Position numbers and translations under genes: made by a program | The notes under the pieces: generated by a model | Database searches by the model: none | What the model saw: the letters and a program-made list of their open reading frames with translations, nothing else | What the model was told of the DNA's origin: nothing | From: Bacteroidota bacterium | Lineage (GTDB): Bacteria; Bacteroidota; Bacteroidia; Bacteroidales; JAADGE01 | DNA length: 64,000 nucleotides | NCBI GenBank assembly: GCA_024277895.1 | Contig: JAJRUH010000007.1 | Coordinates: 2,265-66,264 of the forward strand | Direction: 5' to 3' | In this document: one piece after another, positions 10,879 through 20,647 of the stretch | Layout: each line of letters begins with the position of its first letter | Position numbering within the stretch: position 1 is the first letter of the stretch

Positions 10879-10888
10879 AAGTAAATGT

Positions 10889-12109
10889 TCAAAACATAAT
10901 CGAAAGCAAATCAATATCTTTATAGTCCATATCAAACTTTTTTGCTAAGCGTTCGTTTGTTAAAATGCCCTCGTAAATATAAGCACCGTATTTTAATTCA
11001 GGAATGTTATGAATAATATTCGGAATGGTTTTTTCTAAACTTATTTTTTGCAATAAAGGAAATGTTGTATTACTGAGTGCAACGGAAGCAGTTCGTGCAG
11101 CCTTGGAGGCAATATTCGGTACGCAATAATGAATAACACCGTGAGTTTCAAAAGCAGGATTTCCGAGATGAGTAATTCTGGAGGTGGCAATACAAGATGC
11201 ACTGTCGGTATTCAAATCAATAATTACGGAACCTTTTTTCATTTCGGCAATCATTTTTTCGGAAATAATAAACATATTTTCATCATTTGTATTTTCTGCA
11301 GCAGCTATCAAAACATCCGCAGTTTTTAATGCTTTTGAAATTATTTCGTTTTGAAAAACAGATGTGTAAAGTTGAATTCCTAATTTATTTTTCAGATTTT
11401 GTAATCGGAATAAAGAATTATCAAAAACTTTTACCTGTGCACCGAGAGCAGCGGCAGCTCTTGCGGCATATTCTCCGGCGGTTCCTGCACCGCAAACAAG
11501 CACTTTGGCTGCAGGAATACCGGTTATTCCTCCCAATAAAATACCTTTTCCGGTAATCGGATTACTCAAATATTCACTTGCTGTATTTATCGCTAAGATT
11601 CCGGAAATTTCACTCATAGTTTGCACATAAGGATGAAATTCGTCATTATTTTTTATCAGCTCTAATCCTATGCAAGTCATTTTTTTTGCTTTTAAAGCAT
11701 TAATTTTTTGAGCTGTTTGCGTATTATAATGTAATGCGGAAATTAATACTTGATTTCCGGCGAGAAGTTTTATTTCATTCGATTCAATTGGTGCGACTTT
11801 TAATAAAATCTCGGATGCAAAAACTTTTTTCTTGTCTTCAATAACGGCACCTGCTTTTACGTAATCGGTATCTTGCCAGCGACTTCGTAATCCGGCACCG
11901 GCTTCTGTAATAATATGATGCCCTTCGTTACAAAGTTGTTTTACAGCTTGCGGGCTTAACACAATACGATTTTCGTATTTATCTGATTCTTTAGGAATTC
12001 CGACTGTTAAAATACGTCTGTTCTTTTTTTCTTCCAGCATTTCTGCTTGCGGCATTAATTGTTCACTATATGAGAATTGTCCTGAAGGATTTTGAGAAAA
12101 AGAAGTCAT
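10889..12109 (-). CDS. Alanine dehydrogenase / PNT-family NAD-binding protein
   Basis: 406 aa with AlaDH/PNT-like N and C domains and a Rossmann motif VCGAGTAGEYAA. Confidence 0.75.
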   Translation of the reverse strand: MTSFSQNPSGQFSYSEQLMPQAEMLEEKKNRRILTVGIPKESDKYENRIVLSPQAVKQLCNEGHHIITEAGAGLRSRWQDTDYVKAGAVIEDKKKVFASEILLKVAPIESNEIKLLAGNQVLISALHYNTQTAQKINALKAKKMTCIGLELIKNNDEFHPYVQTMSEISGILAINTASEYLSNPITGKGILLGGITGIPAAKVLVCGAGTAGEYAARAAAALGAQVKVFDNSLFRLQNLKNKLGIQLYTSVFQNEIISKALKTADVLIAAAENTNDENMFIISEKMIAEMKKGSVIIDLNTDSASCIATSRITHLGNPAFETHGVIHYCVPNIASKAARTASVALSNTTFPLLQKISLEKTIPNIIHNIPELKYGAYIYEGILTNERLAKKFDMDYKDIDLLSIMF

Positions 12110-12145
12110 GTATTACATTTTTAAGGATTATTGTTTGGTAAATTG

Positions 12146-12574
12146 CTAATTTACAACTTTATCACAAGATATATACCGAATTGCATTTTCTTTTTCTTGA
12201 ATTTCGATTTTAATATAATTTTCGGGCAGTAAATCTTCAATTAATTCAGGCCATTCAATAAGGCAAAGTGCACCGCTGAATATATAATCTTCATAACCGA
12301 AATCGAATACTTCTTCTTTTGTTTCAATACGATAAAAATCAAAATGATAAATAATATCATCATTTTCGGTAAAATATTCATTTACAAGTGAAAAGGTCGG
12401 ACTTGTAACGGAATCAATTACTTTTTTATATTTACATATTTCCTTTATTAATGCGGTTTTTCCGCTGCCCATTTTTCCGAAAAAAGCAAAAATTTTCTCA
12501 TTTTTATTAGTGTCAATAATTGCTTTTGCAATTTTCGGCAAATCATTTGTGCTTTCGGCAATATATCGGTTCAT
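12146..12574 (-). CDS. tsaE: tRNA t6A37 biosynthesis ATPase TsaE
   Basis: 142 aa with P-loop GKMGSGKT. It overlaps the upstream PglZ-domain gene by 4 nt. Confidence 0.85.
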   Translation of the reverse strand: MNRYIAESTNDLPKIAKAIIDTNKNEKIFAFFGKMGSGKTALIKEICKYKKVIDSVTSPTFSLVNEYFTENDDIIYHFDFYRIETKEEVFDFGYEDYIFSGALCLIEWPELIEDLLPENYIKIEIQEKENAIRYISCDKVVN

Positions 12575-14135
12575 TTTAACTGTTTTTTCGGTTTTAGTTT
12601 AATACAGGGTATAAGCATTTCCTCAAGTGAAATACCGCCATGCTGAAAGGTGTTTTTATAATATTTTACATAGTGATTGTAATTATTCGGGTAAGCAAAA
12701 AAATCCGAATTGTATGCAAAAATATAGGATGAACTGATATTTGTAACCGGTAAACCGATTGATTCCGGCTTTGTTACTTCAAAGATTTCTTTTTTATTAT
12801 ATGCCAAATTTCTGCCTTGTTTGTAGCGCAGATTAGTTGTCGTATGCCTGTCTCCCACAACTTTTATCGGGTTATTGACATTAACAGTGCCGTGGTCGGT
12901 TGTAATAAAAACGGTAACATCTTCTTGTGCCAGTAGTTTTATTAAGTTTAAAAGCGGTGAGTGTTCAAACCAAGTTAAAGTTAAATCTCTGTATGCCGAT
13001 TCTCCGTCAGCAAGTTCGCGTATCATTTTTGTATCTGTTCGGGCATGCGAAAGAATATCTACAAAATTATAGATAACGACAGATAATTGATTTTGCATTA
13101 GGTTTGCAATATTTTCATTTACTTTTTCACCCGATTTGTTATTTAAAATTTTATCGTAAGAAAACTTCACTTTACGTCGGTATCTTTGAAAGAGTTCGGC
13201 AAGTAAATCCTTTTCGTGTATATTTTTTCCTCCTTCTTCTTCATCATTCAGCCAATATTGCGGATAACGTTTTGAGATTTCGAGCGGCGTTAATCCGGCA
13301 AAAAAAGCATTCCGGGCATACTGTGTTGCAGTCGGCAATAAGGAAAACCAGAGCTCTTCTTTCTCTGTTTCAAGATGTTGATTAATAACAGGTTCCATTA
13401 ACCGCCATTGGTCAAAACGCAAATTATCAATCATTAATACGCAAACTTTCTTTTTGGCATCAAGCAAGGGAATAACTTCTCGACGAAAAAAATCGAACGG
13501 CATATTCGGTCTGTTTTTCGAATCAGGGACAAACCAATCTTCATAATTATTTTTAATAAATTTTGAGAATTCAATATTCGCATCTTTTTTTTGTTGTATT
13601 AAAACTTCATCCATTGTATGGTCTCCTGATTTGTCAAGTTCCAGTTCCCAATATACTAAATCTTTGTAAAGCTTATACCAATCATTGTAAGTACCTGTCA
13701 GAGATATTTCTGTGTTTAATTTTGAAAATTCCGATTGATATTTTTCAGAAGTTTTTTCGCTTATTAATTGTCGGTTTTCAACATTTTTTTAATGGCAAGA
13801 ATAATTTGTTTCGGATTTACGGGTTTTATTAAGTAATCATCAATTTTAGAGCCTACAGCATCATCCATTATATCTTCTTCTTCATTTTTTGTAACCATCA
13901 CAACCGGAATATTTGATTTTAAACGTTTAATTTCCGACAATACATCTAATCCGGAAATACCCGGCATATTTTCATCTAAAAATATAATATCATAATTATT
14001 TTCTTTAACTAATTCAACAGCATCATAGCCGTTGTTAACGGTAAAAACGGTATGCCCTTTTTCTTCGAGATATAAAATTTGAATTCTCAAAAGGTCAATT
14101 TCGTCATCAACCCACAAAACTTTTGCTTTTGTCAT
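12571..14135 (-). pseudogene. porX: PorX-like response regulator (receiver + PglZ/alkaline-phosphatase domain), frameshifted
   Basis: The receiver ORF (13764-14135) and the PglZ ORF (12571-13614, frame open up to 13788) lie in different frames. One extra A in the coding-strand A7 run (13784-13790) fuses them into about 521 aa reading ...LAIKKNVENRQLISEKTSEKYQSEF... The domain order and length match PorX-type proteins as I remember them. Confidence 0.75.
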
Positions 14136-14229
14136 ATTTATTTCGGTTCTTTCAGTTTAATTACAAATATAAGGAAAATTATTTTATACTTGCATAACTT
14201 TTTAAGTCGTAAATTATTGTAATTTAATA

Positions 14230-14994
14230 ATGGTAAAACCAAAAAAATACCTCGGACAACATTTTTTAAAAGATAAAAACATTGCGGCAAAAATTGTAAA
14301 TGCACTTTCGGTAAACGGAATTAAGGATGTTTTGGAAATAGGGGCAGGAACAGGTATTTTGACGGAATTACTGCTCCGACAAGATTATAATTTATATGTT
14401 ATTGAAATTGATACTGAATCGGTTGATTATTTGAAACAACATTTTCCCGAGTTGAAAGAACGACTTTTGAGTGAGGATTTTTTAAAATTTAAATTATCGA
14501 AATTTTTTAAATATGATACAGCACTTATCGGTAATTTTCCTTATAATATTTCGAGTCAAATTGTATTTAAAATAATAGAAAATAAGCATATCGTAAAAGA
14601 AGCTGTCGGAATGTTTCAAAAAGAAGTTGCAGAGAGAATATGTGCTTCTCCCGGAAACAAAACATACGGAATAATAAGTGTATTAACGCAGGCATATTAC
14701 GAAACGGAATATCTTTTTACGGTAAGCGAGAAAGTTTTTTATCCGCCGCCGAAAGTAAAATCCGGTGTTATCAGGTTGTTGCGAAAAGATTCGGCAAATT
14801 TAAACTGTGATGATGCTCTTTTTAAAAAGGTTGTAAAAACCGGTTTTAATCAAAGACGTAAAACTCTTCGAAATTCTTTAAAAAGTTTAACTCATAACAC
14901 GAATACTGAAAATGTAATTTTTAACAAACGACCGGAACAATTAAGTGTTGAAGAATTTGTTGAGTTAACACGAATTATTTACGGGCAACAATAA
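14230..14994 (+). CDS. rsmA: 16S rRNA (adenine1518/1519-N6)-dimethyltransferase
   Basis: 254 aa with N-terminal GQHFL and SAM motif EIGAGTGILT. Confidence 0.9.
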   Translation: MVKPKKYLGQHFLKDKNIAAKIVNALSVNGIKDVLEIGAGTGILTELLLRQDYNLYVIEIDTESVDYLKQHFPELKERLLSEDFLKFKLSKFFKYDTALIGNFPYNISSQIVFKIIENKHIVKEAVGMFQKEVAERICASPGNKTYGIISVLTQAYYETEYLFTVSEKVFYPPPKVKSGVIRLLRKDSANLNCDDALFKKVVKTGFNQRRKTLRNSLKSLTHNTNTENVIFNKRPEQLSVEEFVELTRIIYGQQ

Positions 14995-15055
14995 GGCGCC
15001 TGTCTGTATATTATTGTATATCAATATTTTAAATAAAGGTTTCAGCAAAAAATAA

Positions 15056-17605
15056 TTAAAACGGGTATCCTATTGCTAAATAAAAAGTCCAATCATTATA
15101 TCCGAATTTTCTGTTTCGGTAAACCCACCGATTATTTACCGGTAAAGACGGGTCAAACAGTTTTAGTCCCATATCGGCTCTTAATAATACAAATCCAAAA
15201 TCAAAACGTAAGCCGTAGCCGGTTCCGACGGCAATTTCCTTATAGAATGTATTAAAATTAAATTTTGCACCCGGACGAATATCTTCATCATTAATTGCCC
15301 AAATATTACCGGCATCAACAAACAGAGCTCCTTCAAGTTTCCAAAATAATTTCATTCTGTATTCAATATTTGCTTCTAATCGGATATCAGCTGTTTGATT
15401 AGGATAACTGTTAAGCGTATCACTCAGCGAATAGGAGCCGGGTCCGAGGGTTCTGCTTTGCCATGCTCTGACACTGCTTGCTCCGCCTGCAAAATAACGT
15501 TCGCCGAAAGGTATTACTTTTAAATTTCCGTATGGAAATGCTGCTCCGGTAAAAAGTCTGAAAGCAATTTTATCATTTTCACGCGAAAGTTTTTTATGAA
15601 ATCTTAATTCGATATCTTCTTTAATAAATTGGGCAAAAACGATATTATTAATCCTGTAACTTCCGTTTTTTTGCGACTTGTTAAGTGCTTTCATAAGAGC
15701 AGACAAACTGTTTCCTGCTAATTTTATATTAAAGGTAAATAAGAAAGTGTTTTTTTTGCTTTTAATGAATTGATTATTAAGTGTAAATTTATATGATGTT
15801 CCAAAAACAAAATGTGTTTCATAGGTGTCTTCAAGTTGTAAAATTTTAATTAAATCTCTGAATTCCTGAGTTGAATTTCTTAAATCAACAACATCTGCTG
15901 TTACCGGTAAAAAAGCATGACTGATTGTTTGAGTCGAGTTCCAATAATAACCGATATTTCCTCCAGCAACGGTATAGGTATAATCCGGACGTTGCAGAAA
16001 ATTGTAATTTGCCGAAATAACGGTTTTAGGATTTCTTCGTTTGAAAAATTTCTTTAAAGGAACAGGTGCCAGCAACCGCGGAAAGTCCAAGCTGAAATTT
16101 ACACCGTATTCTTCGCTGTTAAAAAAAGCAGATGTATCGCTCGGCAAATAGGATTTATTTTTTGTCAAGCGTTTAAATGCAAGTTTTGTACCTACATTTA
16201 AAACTCCGGCATTTCGAAAAATATTATTATGAATATAAGAAAACGTTCCGCCTACACCGAAATTACCGGAAGTATTAGTCAGCTCAGCAGTTGTATTTGT
16301 TGATTGCAATTTTGATTGTGTTAAACGTATTTCGCAATTTAACCAGGCAACGGTATCAGAGTTATTGTCATTTTCAGTTTCGGTAAATTTCACGTTTGCA
16401 ATTTGAATAACAGGAAGTGAAACCAAATAACGATAGGTTGCGTTAACATCATTCAAATTATAATAATCACCCGCTTTTATAAAAACACCTCTTATAATTG
16501 CTTTGGGATTAATTCGCGGCATTTGATTGTATAAAAAGAAATATTTTTTATCGTTTTTACCATAATATATTAAAGTGTCGTGCGATAAAAAATAAGCATT
16601 TTTATCTGTTAACGCTTTACGAGCTTCAAAGTACGGATAGATATATACATTTTTTATTTTATACCTTTTAAAGGCATTTTGACTTATTTGAGAAGTGTCT
16701 TTTTTAATAATTAACCAAAGATCGTCTTGTTTATTTTTTGATACCGTGTCGGCAGAAAATGTTATAAATTCCTTTGAGAAATTATAATATCCTTTATCTC
16801 TTATCAGAGATGTCAAACGTTCTCGTTCATTTTCCATATTATTAATGTCAAGGTTTTCTCCTGTTTTTATTGCCGAATGAGTAGTGTCATTAAGAATGAC
16901 AGATTTAATTCTTTGATCATTAATGTTATAGTATATGTTTTTTATTTTATGAGGATTCTCAAGCTTTACAATATATTCAACCGTTATTTTTTTAGGATTG
17001 TTTCTCTCACTTTTAATTTTAGAATTAATATTAAAATCATAAAATCCTTTTTCTTTTAAAAAAATCTGAATTTTATTTTTATTTCTGTATTCGTTATTTA
17101 AATTATACAGTACAGGTGCTTCACCTATGCGTCTTGTCCAATGTTCTTCTTTACAAGTTTTTTGATTTATTCTATCATAACGGTTCTGTAATTTTGAAAT
17201 TTTATTTGTCAAATGTTTATATTTTGAAGTTTCGGAAGACAAATTATCGGTTTCTTTATCAAAATGTCGCAGTTTTTTGTTTATGTATTTTAATTTTTTA
17301 TTTTTCCCGGATTCACATTTTTTTGTTTTTTTCAGTTCTGTGTTTTTAATTTTTTCAGGATTAACAGAATTGTAAATAATTAATTTTAAGGGTATTCCGA
17401 AAATTTTAGTGTTTAAACGAGGTTTTAAAATTTGTTCAATATCTTTTTCTGAAAAATCGGGTTTTTGAGAGTTTCTGTTATTATATTGAATTATTACCTT
17501 ATTCTTAATTAATAAATCTTTATTTTCAGGAATATTTTTCGTTAAATTACACGAAACATTTACAACTGAAATCAAAGTAAACAAAAGTAATATTTTTGTA
17601 TACAT
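15056..17605 (-). CDS. BamA/TamA-family (Omp85) outer membrane protein
   Basis: The ORF runs to 17680, but the likely start is Met26 (MYTKILLLFTLISVVNVSC signal). The C-terminal ~300 aa is beta-barrel-like and ends in an aromatic residue (GYPF). Confidence 0.75.
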   Translation of the reverse strand: MYTKILLLFTLISVVNVSCNLTKNIPENKDLLIKNKVIIQYNNRNSQKPDFSEKDIEQILKPRLNTKIFGIPLKLIIYNSVNPEKIKNTELKKTKKCESGKNKKLKYINKKLRHFDKETDNLSSETSKYKHLTNKISKLQNRYDRINQKTCKEEHWTRRIGEAPVLYNLNNEYRNKNKIQIFLKEKGFYDFNINSKIKSERNNPKKITVEYIVKLENPHKIKNIYYNINDQRIKSVILNDTTHSAIKTGENLDINNMENERERLTSLIRDKGYYNFSKEFITFSADTVSKNKQDDLWLIIKKDTSQISQNAFKRYKIKNVYIYPYFEARKALTDKNAYFLSHDTLIYYGKNDKKYFFLYNQMPRINPKAIIRGVFIKAGDYYNLNDVNATYRYLVSLPVIQIANVKFTETENDNNSDTVAWLNCEIRLTQSKLQSTNTTAELTNTSGNFGVGGTFSYIHNNIFRNAGVLNVGTKLAFKRLTKNKSYLPSDTSAFFNSEEYGVNFSLDFPRLLAPVPLKKFFKRRNPKTVISANYNFLQRPDYTYTVAGGNIGYYWNSTQTISHAFLPVTADVVDLRNSTQEFRDLIKILQLEDTYETHFVFGTSYKFTLNNQFIKSKKNTFLFTFNIKLAGNSLSALMKALNKSQKNGSYRINNIVFAQFIKEDIELRFHKKLSRENDKIAFRLFTGAAFPYGNLKVIPFGERYFAGGASSVRAWQSRTLGPGSYSLSDTLNSYPNQTADIRLEANIEYRMKLFWKLEGALFVDAGNIWAINDEDIRPGAKFNFNTFYKEIAVGTGYGLRFDFGFVLLRADMGLKLFDPSLPVNNRWVYRNRKFGYNDWTFYLAIGYPF

Positions 17606-17763
17606 AAAATTTGCAGTAAACCTGAAAATCAGCATACGAATATTCCTGAATAACTTGTGAAAATTATTAATTATAAACATATAAAAATAATACTGCTAAT
17701 AAAGTTAATATTATTGAAATCCGATTAAAATGATTTATTTTGTAAACAATTTAATAAGAGTTC

Positions 17764-18516
17764 ATGTTATCAAAAAACAAAATTAAATTTTTTAATTCTT
17801 TAAAATTAAGAAAATTCAGAATAAAACATAATTTATTTATTGCCGAAGGTGAAAAATTAGTTTTTGAAATACTGAAATCACAAATCAAGCCGAAATTTAT
17901 TATAACTTCAAAAATTAAAAAGCTTGAAACTTTAACCGATTTAAATACTGAAATTATTGAAGCCGACATTTCTGAAATCAAAAAAATAAGTCAGTTAGTT
18001 ACGCCGCCTGCCGCAATCGGAGTTTTTAATATTCCCGGATATAATCTTGATATTATGGAAATTGAGAATTCATTAACAATTTTTTGTGATGATATTCAAA
18101 ATCCCGGAAATTTGGGAACAATTATTCGAACGGCAGATTGGTTCGGAATAAAAAATGTTCTTTGTTCGGAAAATTCAGCAGACATCTATAATCGGAAGAC
18201 AATTCAAGCTACGATGGGAGCGATTGCATCGGTTAGGGTTCATTACGTTAATAAAACAAAATTTTTCTTATCTTTAAATAAAGCATTACCGGTTTACGGA
18301 ACATTTTTAAACGGGAAAAATATATATGAAACGGAATTATGTAACAGAGGAATTATTATTATCGGCAATGAAGGTAACGGAATTTCCGATGAAACAGAAC
18401 AATTTGTAACCGAACGATTATTTATCCCGTCTTTTAATACCGGTAATAAAACAACAGAATCATTAAATGCTGCTTTGGCAACTGCCGTTATTTGTTCTGA
18501 ATTCAGAAGACGGTAA
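17764..18516 (+). CDS. TrmH/SpoU-family RNA 2'-O-methyltransferase
   Basis: 250 aa with SpoU motifs (NPGNLGTIIRTA, IIIGNEGNGIS, SLNAALA). Confidence 0.8.
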   Translation: MLSKNKIKFFNSLKLRKFRIKHNLFIAEGEKLVFEILKSQIKPKFIITSKIKKLETLTDLNTEIIEADISEIKKISQLVTPPAAIGVFNIPGYNLDIMEIENSLTIFCDDIQNPGNLGTIIRTADWFGIKNVLCSENSADIYNRKTIQATMGAIASVRVHYVNKTKFFLSLNKALPVYGTFLNGKNIYETELCNRGIIIIGNEGNGISDETEQFVTERLFIPSFNTGNKTTESLNAALATAVICSEFRRR

Positions 18517-18559
18517 AAAAGACCGATTCAGGCAGAAACGGTCTCTTTGTAATTTTTTA

Positions 18560-18813
18560 TAAATAGGGCTTGCTGAAAAATGCTAAAGATATTGTAATTC
18601 AATACTTTATGCTTGTATTCTTGTGATAAAATGCAAGATTTTTGAATAAAACATCTTGAAACCTTTGCACTTTTTTTGATAAAACTACCAAATTTTTGCT
18701 GCTCAGCTGTCCAGCTCTTTTGTATTTTGTTCAATTTGAAGTATTTATATACATCTACATCTCACAAAATCCAAAATAGACGCACATCTTAGCTTTTCAG
18801 CAAGCCCTAAATA
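18560..18813 (-). repeat. TIR-bounded structured intergenic repeat, copy A (MITE-like)
   Basis: Perfect 16-nt TIRs: TAGGGCTTGCTGAAAA at 18564-18579 and TTTTCAGCAAGCCCTA at 18794-18809. TAAATA flanks both sides. On the minus strand it is colinear with copy B: the GTATATAAATAC box lies at nt 58-69 and a hairpin ends 65 nt from the 3' end. Confidence 0.8.
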
Positions 18814-19836
18814 TTATTCTTTCGGAGCACCGTTTTTTAAGTGTTCTTTGATTTTGGCTTCTAATTCGTCAGCTAATTCCACATTATCTGTTAATAATTT
18901 TTTTACGGCTTCTCTTCCTTGTCCTAATTTGGTATCTCCGTAACTGTACCAAGAACCGCTTTTTTGAATTATTTCGTATTCGGTTCCTAAATCAACAATT
19001 TCTCCGATTTTAGAAATGCCTTCACCGTACATTATATCAAATTCTGCTTTTTTAAAAGGCGGAGCTACTTTATTCTTAACAACTTTTACACGAGTTTTAT
19101 TTCCTTTAACATCTGCGTCGTCTTTTATTTGACCGATTCTTCTGACATCTAATCTGATGGAAGCATAGAATTTTAAAGCATTACCGCCGGTAGTTGTTTC
19201 CGGATTTCCGAACATAACACCGATTTTTTCGCGTAATTGATTGATAAAAATAACACAAGTATTAGTTTTTCCGATATTGGATGTTAATTTTCTTAAGGCT
19301 TGAGACATTAATCGAGCTTGTAATCCCATTCTGGAGTCTCCCATATCGCCTTCAATTTCTGCTCTGGGTGTAAGAGCGGCAACAGAATCAATGACAATAA
19401 TATCAACGGCACCGGAACGAATCAGATGGTCGGTAATTTCCAAGGCTTGTTCGCCGTTATCCGGTTGTGAAACTAAAAGATTATCAATATCAACGCCGAG
19501 TTTTCTTGCATAATAACTGTCAAAAGCATGTTCAGCGTCAATAAAAGCTGCAATACCTTCTTTTTTTTGAGCTTCGGCAATAACATGAAGTGCAAGGGTA
19601 GTTTTACCGGAGGATTCGGGTCCGTATATTTCAGTTACTCTGCCTTTCGGAATTCCGCCTATTCCCAAAGCATTATCTAATCCTATTGAACCTGTTGAAA
19701 TTGCAGGGATATTAAGAACGGCTCCTGAATTGAGTTTCATAATCGTTCCTTTTCCGAATTCTTTGTCTATCTTGTTAAGAGTTGATTGCAATGCTTGAAG
19801 TTTTGCTTCTTTTGTATCTTGTTCTTTTTTTGCCAT
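18814..19836 (-). CDS. recA: Recombinase RecA
   Basis: 340 aa with Walker [11 protein letters not shown] and canonical RecA core sequence throughout. Confidence 0.97.
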   Translation of the reverse strand: MAKKEQDTKEAKLQALQSTLNKIDKEFGKGTIMKLNSGAVLNIPAISTGSIGLDNALGIGGIPKGRVTEIYGPESSGKTTLALHVIAEAQKKEGIAAFIDAEHAFDSYYARKLGVDIDNLLVSQPDNGEQALEITDHLIRSGAVDIIVIDSVAALTPRAEIEGDMGDSRMGLQARLMSQALRKLTSNIGKTNTCVIFINQLREKIGVMFGNPETTTGGNALKFYASIRLDVRRIGQIKDDADVKGNKTRVKVVKNKVAPPFKKAEFDIMYGEGISKIGEIVDLGTEYEIIQKSGSWYSYGDTKLGQGREAVKKLLTDNVELADELEAKIKEHLKNGAPKE

Positions 19837-19848
19837 AATGATATTTTT

Positions 19849-20295
19849 TTATTCAGCTAATGCTTTCATAATTTGTTCATAATGTTCTTTTGTTTTTACT
19901 TTCGGAAATATTTTTATGATTGTGCCGGTTTTATCAATAATAAATGTTGTTCTGTGCACACCCATATATGTTTTTCCGTACATTTTTTTTTCTCCCCAAA
20001 CACCGAATAAATTTAACAGTATTTTTTCCGTGTCCGGAATTAATTGAAACGGTAATTGAAATTTATCTGCAAATTTTTTATGAGATTGCTCCGAGTCCGG
20101 ACTGACTCCGATTACCTCAAACCCGTTTTTTTTCAATTCTTCATAATGATCTTTTAAATTTAATGCTTCATTCGTACATCCGGGTGTATTATCTTTAGGA
20201 TAAAAATAAAGAATTAATTTTTCACCTTTCATATCCTCTAAATTAACTATATTCCCAATTTTCGGAATTCTATCTCCTTCTTTTAATGTTATCAT
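19849..20295 (-). CDS. bcp: Thioredoxin-dependent peroxiredoxin Bcp
   Basis: 148 aa with peroxidatic motif YFYPKDNTPGCTNEA. Confidence 0.9.
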   Translation of the reverse strand: MITLKEGDRIPKIGNIVNLEDMKGEKLILYFYPKDNTPGCTNEALNLKDHYEELKKNGFEVIGVSPDSEQSHKKFADKFQLPFQLIPDTEKILLNLFGVWGEKKMYGKTYMGVHRTTFIIDKTGTIIKIFPKVKTKEHYEQIMKALAE

Positions 20296-20450
20296 AGTAT
20301 AAAAATTTTATTACAAAAATAAGGTAAAATTTGTGTTTTGAAACTTTCTTTTTATAAAATAAAAGAAATATTGAAATAATTGAAACCTTTTTAATAAATC
20401 TGCGTATATAAGAATAGAAAAAGACCTATACTTAATAAAACCAAACAGCT

Positions 20451-20564
20451 ATGAACGATCAAGATATAAATAACCAAGCGAGCAGCGAAACTGAAGTTAT
20501 TGTTGATGAATTATTAGAAAAATTTATCCAATTATCAGCAAAAGCCGAAAAAGATAACTTGTAA
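20451..20564 (+). CDS. Possible 37-aa acidic small protein
   Basis: ATG-to-TAA ORF (MNDQDINNQASSETEVIVDELLEKFIQLSAKAEKDNL) in an otherwise empty 350-bp spacer. A strong + strand intrinsic terminator follows about 50 nt downstream. I recognise no homology. Confidence 0.25.
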   Translation: MNDQDINNQASSETEVIVDELLEKFIQLSAKAEKDNL

Positions 20565-20613
20565 CTCTCATAATACACAGTTAGTATCTTATTTCATATT
20601 GATATAAGAATTT

Positions 20614-20646
20614 AAGACACAGTATATAAAATTGTGTCTTTTTTAT
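20614..20646 (+). terminator. Intrinsic terminator
   Basis: AAGACACA / TGTGTCTT 8-bp stem with an 11-nt loop, followed by a TTTTTT run on the + strand. Confidence 0.6.
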
Positions 20647-20647
20647 T

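Noticed and set aside
12571-13614. PglZ domain as a marker of a BREX phage-defence locus
   Set aside because: The PglZ domain is fused (after frameshift repair) to a receiver domain and is followed by tsaE, which is the PorX housekeeping arrangement. No BrxA/B/C/L or PglX methyltransferase genes are nearby.
13760-13795. Programmed -1 ribosomal frameshift joining the receiver and PglZ parts of the PorX-like gene
   Set aside because: There is no X XXY YYZ slippery heptamer at the required position (C AAT TAA). A simple one-base change in the adjacent A7 run restores a linker typical of the family.
18528-18734. 68-aa minus-strand ORF in the track
   Set aside because: It lies entirely inside repeat copy A, has no start context or recognisable motif, and its sequence is not conserved in copy B.
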